Shown here: positions 14,071 to 25,300 of the stretch, piece after piece
How the letters are laid out: every line of letters starts with the position of its first letter
Numbering within the stretch: the first letter of the stretch is position 1
From: Nageia nagi
Taxonomy: Eukaryota > Plantae > Pinophyta
Length of the DNA: 64,000 bases
Assembly: GCA_050084985.1 (NCBI GenBank)
Contig: JBITNC010000002.1
Location: forward strand, 4,154,001 to 4,218,000
Direction of reading: 5' to 3'
The notes under the pieces: model-generated
Database searches by the model: none
The model's input: only the letters and a program-made list of their open reading frames with translations
What the model was told of the DNA's origin: nothing
Position numbers and translations under genes: made by a program

Positions 14071-17000
14071 CAACCAAGGCATAACAAATCCAAGGTTAAT
14101 TAGTGATGTCTAAAGATATCATTTCAATTGTAACACATTCCTTGGACTTGCCTACATATGGAATATATTGCTTTGATCTTCTTTTATATATGCATTTGTT
14201 CTTGATATCTACACCTTTTACATTGATATTTACTTATTACAATGCTTGTGATCCATTTACACCCTTTGTACAATAACATTATTTAATGAAATAAATATGA
14301 CTTATTAATTAATAATAAATCATATTTAGGCATCTACATTTTGCCCCTCTTTGGATATCAAATGAAATATATTTAAGTTGCATAATCCAAATAATTATAG
14401 AAGAAAAATATATGCCTAAAATTTAACCATTATTCCTTGATCATTGTTGATTTCATACCCCTTGTATGCCCTTTTTTTTACTTGATTGCCCTAGGAAAGC
14501 TCCATGAGTGGGGTGATCAAGAAAAAAATAAGATGGGGGAAGATGATATTATGAGGTTGCCCTAGGAATTCACCAAAAACTCTCATCTTGAAGGATCAAT
14601 GGTATCTTTGGATCTACTCTCCAAATGGATTTCTTCGACCATTGCCCATGATGCGATCAGAAACTCTCTTCTCCTTGCTTGATGAATGGGGGTAATTGCT
14701 TCATTTTTTATCTTTATTGCTTCCTTCTAATATGGTTTCCCACCATGTCAACACTAGTATCTACTAAAGCTCTAAATCACCATTGGAATCTATAAGATAG
14801 TGGCCAACATATCAATATTGGTATTTACCAAAGTAGTGGCCAATAAATTGACATTAGTATCTATGAGAGTAATGGCCAATGAGTCACTATTAAAATATAC
14901 TAAAGCGGTGGCCAATAAGTACTTGGATAAAAAGAAATATTTGAATGAAACTCCTTAAATGTGCACAAAATCTTGCCCCAGGGGACAAAATTATTCGAAA
15001 CAACAAGTTCGCTAATATATATACCATAAATAATGAATTTATGAGGTTTAATAATTCATTAATATGATATACAATAAATAATATGTTTGAAGCAACAAAA
15101 GCCATATATGATCTATAACTGATGTATAAACCTCATAAATGAATATATCTTTATTAGTGCATGTGAAATGAGTGGTCACACGCCTACCTTATGATCATCA
15201 ATGAGCTCTAGGCAGTCGAAATACCATTCCATTAGATTGTAAGAAACACACATTATTGGCTACATGAATGAAGTAGATTCATGCACATAAATTGAAGTAT
15301 ATGGAATAAGACAAAGAATATTGCAGATCTGACTTCAAACATGATACATAACATGCATAATGAATATCGTTAACAATATGAAATATGAAGAATCTGATTT
15401 CATGCAAAGAACAAAATATGATCACTACAACTAGGGTATAACAAATCCAAGGTTAATTGGTGATGTTTAAAGATACTATTTTAGTTGTGGAGCATTTCTT
15501 GGACTTGCCTGCATATGGAATATCTTACTTTGATCTTCTTTTATAAATGCATTTGTTCTTGATATCTACACCTTTTACATTGATATTTGCTTATTATAAT
15601 GCTTGTGGTGTATTTACACCCTTTTTACAATAACATTATTTAATGCAATAAATATGAATTATTAATTAATAATAAATCATATTTAGGTGTCTACACTAAC
15701 AATATTGAACATTTGAGGATACAAGCTCAATATTTGGAAGAGGATGGAAGATAAATATAAGAATATGAGAACTCCAAATCTCATTAGAATCAAAATGTTC
15801 AATAAGAGAAAAGGAAATCTCAAGACAAAGGCAAACGGAATAAACCAAAGAAGAAGAATACGAATACTATAAATAAAGAATGATAATAAGCATTATTCTC
15901 ATTATGATAAAGATGGCCATGTGGATCATAAGTATTGGAAACTTCATCCATAATTATATCCTTAGAAGAATGCAATGGTCACAAAATATGAAGATGTTGA
16001 AGATAGTTCTGATGTGGATGATATATTGAATTATCCAATGGTTCAAACAACTAGAGATGACAAAAGGATGCAATTATTCTATCTCAAAATCCATTCAAAT
16101 GAGATGAAAATTGATTCTATCATTGACCATGGTTCTCAAGCCAACTTGATCCCTGTAAGTTGGGTGACTAAATTAGGATTGAAGACTTATGACCATCTTA
16201 TTCCATATCCTTTAGTATGGGTTCATAATGATGTCAAGTTACAAGTTACAAAGTAATGCAAGTTTAAATTTTCTATTAGTGTAATATTTATTAATGACGT
16301 GGTAGTTGATGTAGTACTTATTGATATTTATGGTGTTTTTAGAAATCCTTATTTATGGGATATAGATTCTATTTACTATAGAATAAAGAATAAATATAGG
16401 TTAATTAAAAATGGATTAGTTTATAAATTTTATTCCCATAAAAGCACGAAAAATATTATTTTGGTTACATCTAGTCAAGTTAAATGCATGATTAGTGCAA
16501 CTAAAAAGTTTGTGCTTGCAGTTCTTCAATTTACTTTCCATGGAGGAATAAAATTAACATTCAATATGGATTACATGATAATGTCAACATTGAGCAAATA
16601 GAAAGATCAAGTGCAAGCTCTTGCATAGGAATTTTAGGAAGTATTTACTGATCCAAAGGGTTACCACCTAAATAGGAAATTCAACATGAGATTCAATTGT
16701 TGCATGATGTACATATACTGAATATTGGTTTATATAGATAATCAATTTTGGAGTGTGAGAAAATTTAAAAATATAGATTTAGGAATTAATGGATCAAGGT
16801 GTGATTAGACCTAAGACTTCTCCTTATGATTCACCTATTATTATAATTTCTAATAAAGATGATTCTAAGAGAATATTTATAATGGGGAAAATTATTTGTT
16901 TAAGTTGGAATTGAGGAGTGATTATAATCAAGTATAAATCAAGAGGGGGGACATTTGAAAGATAACATTTAAGATAAAATAAGGCCTATTTGAATAGCTT

Positions 17001-20000
17001 GTTAACTCATTTAATTTATGTAATGCACCAACTACTTTTATGAGGGTAATAAATGATATTCTCATGCTATGTATTGATTCTTTTATTGTAGTTTATCTTG
17101 CTAACATTCTTGTTTATAGTCTAACATAGGAAGATCATTTAGTGCATCTTAAGCAAGTGCTTCAAACTCTATAAAAGGAGAGATTACTCGTGAAAATGAG
17201 AACATGTGAGTTTGGTAATCAATATATGGTGTACTTAAGTCATATTATTGGAGGTGGACAACTTAAAATAGATCGTAAAAAGATTAAAACCATTGTGGAG
17301 TGGAAAAGGCCAACCAATGTAATTGAAACAAGGATTTTTTAGGGGTTGTGCAATATTTGAGAAACTTTATTGCTAATTTCTCCAATCTTGTTTCACCTTT
17401 GCATGATATTACAGGAAAGAGATAAAGTTTTCAATGGGGAAAGAGCAATAAAATTATTTTAATTTGTTAAAGCAAAAGATCAACAACACACCTATTTTGG
17501 CACTCCCTAATTTACAACAAGCTTTTTAGATTTATATTGATGAGTGTTTTATGGGAGCACTCCAATTTGTTATCATTTTGAAAAGTTTAGTGGGGTAGTT
17601 TTAAAATATCTAACATATGACAAGGAATTATAAGTATTGGTTTAAGAAGTAAAGAAATGGAAGTATTATCTGATGGGTAAGAAAATGATAGCTCATACTA
17701 ATCATCAACCATTACAATATTTACAAACTCAATCAAAATTGAAACAAGCAAAATATTTTAGGTGGATGAGATTATACAACAATTCCATCTCATCATTAAA
17801 TACAAGAAGGGAAGCACAAATAAACTTGCATATATGCTGTCTATACTGCCTATCAAGGAGTGTCAATGCTACCAACAACATCAACACTAGGATGAAAGGG
17901 TGTTTCAACATTAATTTTTATGATGGATTTTTTCCTATTATAAAGCTTTTGATATATTCTAATTTTGGGGGAGATTTATAAGATGTTGAAATAACCATCT
18001 AGATCAAATTATGAAGGAATGGATCATTATCATCTTATAAATAGACTTCTTTATAAAATAAATGCTTTATGTATTCTCAAAAGTAAAAGAATTTAGTTGA
18101 TTAGAGAGGTATATACATCCAAAATTGTTGGATATTTTGGAGTAGGGAAGATAATTTCTAATTTTTAGAGGTATTTGTATTGGCAAAAAATGTAAGAACA
18201 AGTTGTTAAATATGTTTGAGAATGTGTAATGTGTTGTGTTAATAAGCCTAGTAGTAGGAAATTGGATTTTATACTACTTCTAATGATCTTGGGAGAGTAT
18301 ATATATATATGGATTTTGTAGGAAGTTTTCCTATGTATAAGAGAGGATATGATTATTTATTTGTAGTTATGGATATATTTAGCAAGATGTGAGTTTTAAT
18401 TCCATGTAAGAAGAATATTAGCAGTCAAAAAGCTATAGATATTTTCTTTTCTCGTGGTTAAGTTTATTTTGGTTTGCCTACTTCCATTGTTTTTGATAGA
18501 GATTCCATATTTTTAGTTTTTTTTTTGGATTTATTTATGGGATAAGATGAACATAAGACTAAAAAGAAGTATTGCTCCCCATTCTCAGATAAATGCTTAA
18601 ATAGAAGTAGTGAATAAAATAATAGTTCAACTTTTGAGAGGATATTATAGCAAGCATGCTAAGACTTGGGATAAACATCTTATTTATATCCAACATTCTT
18701 ATAATTGGTCAATTCATATTTCTATAAGTAAAACATGTTTTGGATACCTTCCACCATCACCTTTTGATCATGTTTTTGGGAAACAAAAGGATAAAGAAGT
18801 TTCAGTTATGAAAGAAGAAGAACATGTTGAAAATTTCATTGATAAGGTTAGGTAAATCAATTTGAAATTTTAGGAGCAACTCAAAGCCAACCAATCCAAG
18901 TATAAGTTGAGGCATGACAAGCATATAATTGACCATAAATTTCAAGTGGGATATAAAGTTTGGTTATATCTCAATCAAGAGAGGTTGTAAGGACCAACCA
19001 AGAAGTTGAAACCTAAAAGGTATGGGTTATTTGATATTGTAGGGCAAGTGAGTGAAAATACATTTAAGTTTAATATACCTCCTTATATGAATATTTATGT
19101 AATTGTGAATGTGGAGAACTTGAAATTATTTAAGCCATCCATAATAATTGAAGAGGAAGAAGTAGTAAGTCTAAGTTTTACCTTCAATTGATAACTTATC
19201 TCTAATAATTATGAATAAACTTGTGGAGAATTTAATTTTGCAAAAGAAGGTTCATACAACAAGAAGGAAACAATAAGAAATTTGGTTGATAGGGATGAAG
19301 GATCAAATGCCTAACAAAATAAAGTGGTATGATAAAAATAAAGTGGGGAAATTATTTCCTCATCTTCTTCTAAAGTAATCTTATGGGGACCAAAAGCCTT
19401 ATCATTGAGGAGGTGTGACCCGGAGATCAAATTCTAAGAGTGAATACTATTTTGCTAAGAGTCTGCGTGCTTAATTTTTAATATGTTATTTTTATTTTTT
19501 AACTTGGTTATGTTTTGAGCAATGTAGAGTAGTGCTAAGGATACCAACAACGTCAACGCTCAACTCCAAGCCTGATCTCCTAATGAGATTGTTAGGGATC
19601 AAAACTTTTAGTGTTAGATACATTTTGAGAAAAATTAGAGGTGATTTGACATGAACATGATTATGAACTAATCTTAATATTGCCCATTATTTGATTGAGA
19701 GTGAATGACCTTTCAGTTACTCGACCATATTAGCCAATGCCAATGTTGCTAGAAACTTCAATGCTTAGGGGATAAATTAGTTTCAAGAGAATTTGAAGTG
19801 GTTAGAGGCATTTCTGAAGCCATTTGGGAAGTTAGGAGAACCATTTTATCTTTTAGGAGGTATTAAATTTATCTATATTATCTTCCTAGACATATCTAAT
19901 GAGGTTGTTGTTGAAGTTTTTTGTATCTTTCTTGAATCATTTTGATTTTGGAAAACCATGAGAGATCAATAGCAAGGTTGAGAGGAGTTTGGTAGACAAT

Positions 20001-20926
20001 AGAAGGATTTTTTGTGTTATTAGAAGCATTAATTTCCCCATATTCTTCTTGTCACTGTAATATCCTATTCACCCAAAATATATATCAGATCGTGTTTTGT
20101 TAGATGTACCTCACAATGGGTAAACTAAGATAATTTTATGTGTCTTCATTTTATAAATGTGAATGCATTTTTATTAGTGTTTATTTAAGTAATTTTGGGA
20201 ATCACATATATTTATTAAAGTTGACATAGAAGGAAAAATACAAAGAAATTTGTATTTGATGATCTCTAGAATAAAATAACTTACAAAGATTTATAGATCA
20301 CACACCTAGTTCAATAAGTAACTGCATTGACACTTGTGTCCTTTTTGACCTTAATTATGCATATCTAACATAACCCCAACTACATCTTTATCACCTACAT
20401 TTGAAACTTCCATGGAAAGGGTGCATTTAACTTTCTTATATATATTTTCATTTATAGATAGAATAAAATTATAAATATTTTAATATTATTTATTATATTT
20501 ATTTTATTTAAACTTTCCTTTATATCATACTTCTCGTTTTATATAAAACTTTGAATTTAAATTCATCCTATACATAATCTTATGAAAACTTTGTATTGTG
20601 ATCTATGCTAACTATTATAATTTTAAACATTGAATTCTTAATAACCTAAATATTTGAATTCTATTGGAGTGGAGATAATAATACTCATAATGGTACTAAA
20701 GCCAACACATAACCTTATTTACCATTTTATTAAAACACCAAAGAGTGATATTTAGTCTTATAATGCTTACCTTCAAATAACTTTACTTACACTTATATAG
20801 ACATACTTATCATTTATATTTATTCACTTTTGAAGTTGCATAATTATATTTATATAAAAAATATAACAAGTATAATTGTATTCATACAAGATTTAATAAA
20901 TAATACTTCAAGTTATTTTCTCATTT

Positions 20927-21119
20927 TTATACTATTATAGTAAAATTATAAAAAGTTTGATTTTTTTTTAATGATAATACATTTATTTTGTACAATTTTT
21001 TTAATCTTGTACAAACTTTTATTGGATGTCACTCTTTTTATATTAAAAAAAATTTGTACAAAATAAATTTATTATCATTAAAAAATAATACTTTTTATAA
21101 TTTTACTATAATAGTATAA
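20927..21119. mobile_element. AT-rich fold-back MITE about 1 kb upstream of the DDR4 ATG
   Basis: About 75-bp imperfect inverted arms TTATACTATTATAGTAAAATTATAAAAAG / CTTTTTATAATTTTACTATAATAGTATAA; superfamily unresolved. Confidence 0.75.
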
Positions 21120-21819
21120 TTACAAATTACCTTGCCATACAAGATACAAACTATATATGACATAACACCATTTGAAGAAGATTATAACACAATAAAACAT
21201 TTTAATCTTGATATTATAGAGGTGTATAAATTGAAACTTAAATAGTTAGTCCCTTTTAATACTATAGCATGGGATGAATTAGAAATGCTTGATAAATAAA
21301 ACATTATAGCATGGACAGAAGATGGAATTAAGATGAAATACCTCATAAGACAACAAAATATACAAAACTATGAATCATAGCTGAATTAATTAATGGAACT
21401 CGAGGCAATGCTGTAAATATCATTATTTGAAAAAGTACATGAACCCAACACTGAACAGGAATCAATATTGAAAAACACTTCAATTGACATCAATAACTTT
21501 GAAAGACAATAATTGATGTTCTCCTTAATGTCTAAAATTAATTGAAGTTCTCACTAATGTCTAAAAATAGCTTCGTGTAACATCAACATTCTCTTTCAAC
21601 TACTTACTTAATATTTAAAGACAATGCTTACACAAAAAGTACACAAACTCCTTCATCTTTATAGAATGTGCTTGGCATACCCATTCTTGAATTTCAATAA
21701 TATTTACTTGCTTAGACGCAAATTTCTATGTAAATTCAATGAGTCAAAGCTCCAAACCGTATCTAAAACAAATAAAATTCCCTGCAGTTTTTAACACACG
21801 AAATCTCCTAGATTTCACC

Positions 21820-22370
21820 CCAGGGTCAAAACCGCAATCCGCGTTAGACTCCTTCTTAACTAGGGTTAAGAGCCTGAGGTTAACGACCTCTCGCCGCGGG
21901 TTAGCAGGTCCTTTAATGTCCTTTTCCCCGTCTGCTACACCACGCCAAGCTTGGAATTCGCAATGATAATGGCGATGAAGAAGAAAATGAAAGAGTCTCG
22001 TGGAACAGTTGTTTATTTCACTCCTGGGATTCGATCCGGCGACGTCTATGCACTTCGACACATACTGGTTGTCTGAAGAACTATTCTAGTTCGTTTTTTT
22101 GGCTACCGAGGGGGTTTTAAATAATGTTGGATGAGCAGGATGATCCGCGGCAGGAGAGGAAACGGCGTTTGGCCCGAGCTTGTACGGCGCGGACGTCCGC
22201 CAGGCTGGCCCCGTTAGCCCCCACTGTGGAAAGGCCTGTTCCACGGAGAAATAGTAACGACGACCGTGATTTCTTTACCGTTTTGACTGCCCCGCCACCG
22301 CCTCTGCAGAGACGCCGTTGGCTCCTCCGTAGCATGTGGGAGTTGGCTTCCGTTCTTCATTTTTTTCGCG
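21820..22370 (+). promoter_or_regulatory. CpG-rich island over the promoter, 5' UTR and exon 1
   Basis: Abundant CG dinucleotides against strongly CG-depleted flanks; TSS not determinable. Confidence 0.55.
22124..22369 (+). CDS. DDR4: DDR4-like exon 1
   Basis: MLDEQ...LRSMWELASVLHFFR then GTAAG donor; GC/CpG-rich. Confidence 0.9.
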
Positions 22371-25300
22371 TAAGTTTTTATTTGCAGAAAATCTACTGAA
22401 ATTCATTTCCAGAAATCTCTCTCTCTCCATATATATTCCTTTTACATCAATTTTGCTGTATTTTAATAGTTATTGTCGATTTTACCGTTGCCGTAAATTA
22501 TTATTATTATTTTTTTAATTATTTCTGTAAATTAATATTCAAATGCTGTGGCGAATATTTTTTCTTCGGTCGCGAGTTCTATTCCTGCGAGTAATCATAT
22601 CACTTTGTGTAATTTGCAGCATTTCATTTGATTAAATTTGTTACCGATTTTACCTTAAAATTGCCTCAAATTATTATAATTTTTCATTATGACTGCAATT
22701 TAATTTTCAAATGCTGTGGCAAATAATCTTTCTTCGGTCGCGAGTTCGATTCCTGTAAGTAATCACATCAGTTTGTGCAATTTGCAAAAATTGCCTTAAA
22801 TTATCTTTTTCGTTGTCTCTGTTATTTGATTCTCAAATGCTGTGGCGAATAACCTTTATTCGGTCGCGAGTTCGAGTCCAGGGAGTAATGACATCACTTT
22901 GTGTCATTTCCAGCATTTCATTTGATTAAATTTTAAATGAATTTAATTTGCTTTAATTGTCTTCATTTTAACAATGCTTTACATTACTTGTTCTTTCACA
23001 TTTATTTTACTTTGATGAAGTTTTTGTTTTCCTTAAGTTTCATTCTCTGTCTGAGTCAATTGCCTCTTACTGGTTATAAGTTCGAGTCCCAAGGGTTGCA
23101 TGTTGTTTAATTCAACGTACTCGTCATTTTCCTTTAGTTTTGTTCTTTCAAAGTCAATTGCAGGTCACAAATTTGAGTCTCATTCAGTTTTCCAATTGCT
23201 TTGCGTGCAGGATTACATTATTTTAATTGAATGAAGTCTTTGTTTTCCTTTTGTTTAATTTGCTATTGAAGTCAATTGCCTCTCTCTTATTCCCTGTGGA
23301 AGTCAATTGGCTCTCATTGGTCACAAGTTCAAGTATGCTGAGACCTGACATTGTTTTTCATTACATGCAGTGTTAACATTTATTCAAATTTAATGAGGTC
23401 TTTATCTTCCTTTAGTTTCATAGCCATTGAAGTCAGTTGCCAGTGACTAGTCATGAGTCTTATCGTCATTCAATCTTTACATCTCTAGGAGAATTACGTC
23501 TATACTATTTTGACGCCGTCTTAATTTTGTTTGAATTTAGTTTCAACCTTAGCCTCAGCCAGTTCCCGCTCAATGATTACAAGTTCGAATCTAGGCATGT
23601 CATAACACTGGTTTATTCTAATACCAATGTTATTATTATCATAAATTGATGTAATTTTTGTATTTCTTTTAGGTTCATTTGGTGTCCTTCTCCACTGCCA
23701 ATGTTCAAGTCTAGTCAAGTCATTATTGTGGTGTTTTTTACTTGCAGAGTTATATTTGTTTTAATTTAATGAGCTGTCTTTGTTGTACTTTTAATACAAT
23801 CTTTTTCCTCTTTTGACTGCCACTCACTGGTTAAGAGATTTGAGTCATTATGTCGCTTTATGCTATAAAACTTGTAGGGTAACATTCAGTTAAATTGAAA
23901 GAAGCCTTCATTTTCCCTTTAAAGTTTTGTTTGTTGTTGACCTCGGTTTTCATGTACTTGTTACAAGTTCTAGTCTCAGCAGGTTATTACATTTCTTTAC
24001 ATTAGTTGTATTTTATAGTAATGCAGTCTTCATTGATCATTCGTCTTATTCTTTGTCGCTATCAAATGCCACTCACTGGTCATGAGTTGTGCCTCATGAG
24101 CAAATTGCATTGCTTTAGAATACTTGGAGGGTTACATTAATTATGATTTGATGCAGTATATATTTCACATTAATTTCATCTGGCTTTATCATCAGTTGCC
24201 ATTTAGTGATTACACATTTTGAGTGATTGCATTGCTTTGTATAAATTGCAGTGTGTACTGTTATATTTGGTTTAATATAATGGAGTCTTCAATTTCCTTT
24301 TAGTTTTTACCGGCCTCAATTGCCATTCACTGGTTATATATTTGAGTATCAGTAAGTTATTATATTGCTTTGCTAACAGAGTTACATCGAGTTTAATTCA
24401 TTGATGTGTCTCTTTTCTTTTAGTTTCATTCCCTATTGGGTTCATTTTCATTTGTGTGTAACAGCATTTCGTTGGTTCACATTTCTTGCAGGGTTATGTT
24501 TGTTTTAATCTGAAGCAATCTTCAGTTTACCCTGATTTCATCTCTGTCCTGGTGGATTTTCTTCTCAACCATCAGAAGTTCAAGGCTAACTGAATTTTTA
24601 CATTGGTAAATTGCTTGCAGGGTGATATTCAGTTGTATTACATGCAGGCAATCTTCATTTTACCCTGATTTCATCTCTGTCCTGGTGGATTTTCTTCTCA
24701 GTCATCAGAAGTTCAACACTAACTGAGTCGTTATGTTGGTAAATTACTTGCAGGGTTATATTTAGTTGTATTACATGCAGTCCCCATTTTCCTTAGTTTC
24801 ATCCTTTGTCTTTATCAATTGCCACCGACTGGTCATGATTTCAAGTCGTCAACTCATCGGTCATGATATCAAGTCCTCACTGAGTTATCACATTACATTA
24901 CAGTGTTAAATTGATGTTATATAATATAATCATCACTTTGTTTCTATTTCATCCATTGTTATGGCAGCTTGTGACACAATAATTATGAATTTGAGTTACA
25001 TCATGTTGCTCTACCTTACTTGTTTATTCTGCTCATGTCTTGACAACCCCTAATCACATCTCTTAACCTGCTTACGCCTCATTTGCATATAATTCAATTG
25101 AACCTTCTTCCTAGTTTATATCATTGGTTCCTACCAATTTTCTCTCACATCTCTCTAATCCAAATCTAGATGTACCTTTGCTAGCACACTCATGGATGAT
25201 GACTGCCTATTGCATCACATTCTAACTGCTGAGTTTCTTTCAGATATTGTCTTTAAAATGACTCATTGACCTTGTAACCTCTGATTTATTTGCTTCTGTT

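Larger units (their letters stand above)
12958..15695 (-). mobile_element. Element C: non-autonomous LTR element with ~680-bp non-coding interior, nested in gag of A
   Basis: TSD CTAAC (12953-57 / 15696-700); LTRs 12958..14338 (interrupted) and 15018..15695, both ending TCTACA; PPT AAAGAGGGGCAAAA on the minus strand from 14339. Confidence 0.85.
7516..20300 (+). mobile_element. Element A: old full-length Ty3/Gypsy (CRM-clade-like), host of nested insertions
   Basis: LTRs 7516..8390 and 19416..20300; TSD CACAC (7511-15 / 20301-05); degenerate tRNA-iMet PBS TAGTATTAGAGT at 8393; PPT before 19416. Gag reads across the insertion points (LLRDQFYPLG | SIQEYITK..LFNPN | NIEHL); protease DHGSQANLI; RT, RH and IN decayed. 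Confidence 0.9.

Noticed and set aside
21744-22335. Minus-strand ORFs suggesting a divergent gene
   Set aside because: No recognisable domain or downstream exons; expected in GC-rich sequence
22560-22885. tRNA genes at the GGTCGCGAGTTCGA motifs
   Set aside because: No acceptor stem, D-arm or anticodon arm can be folded; only the T-arm-like motif is present
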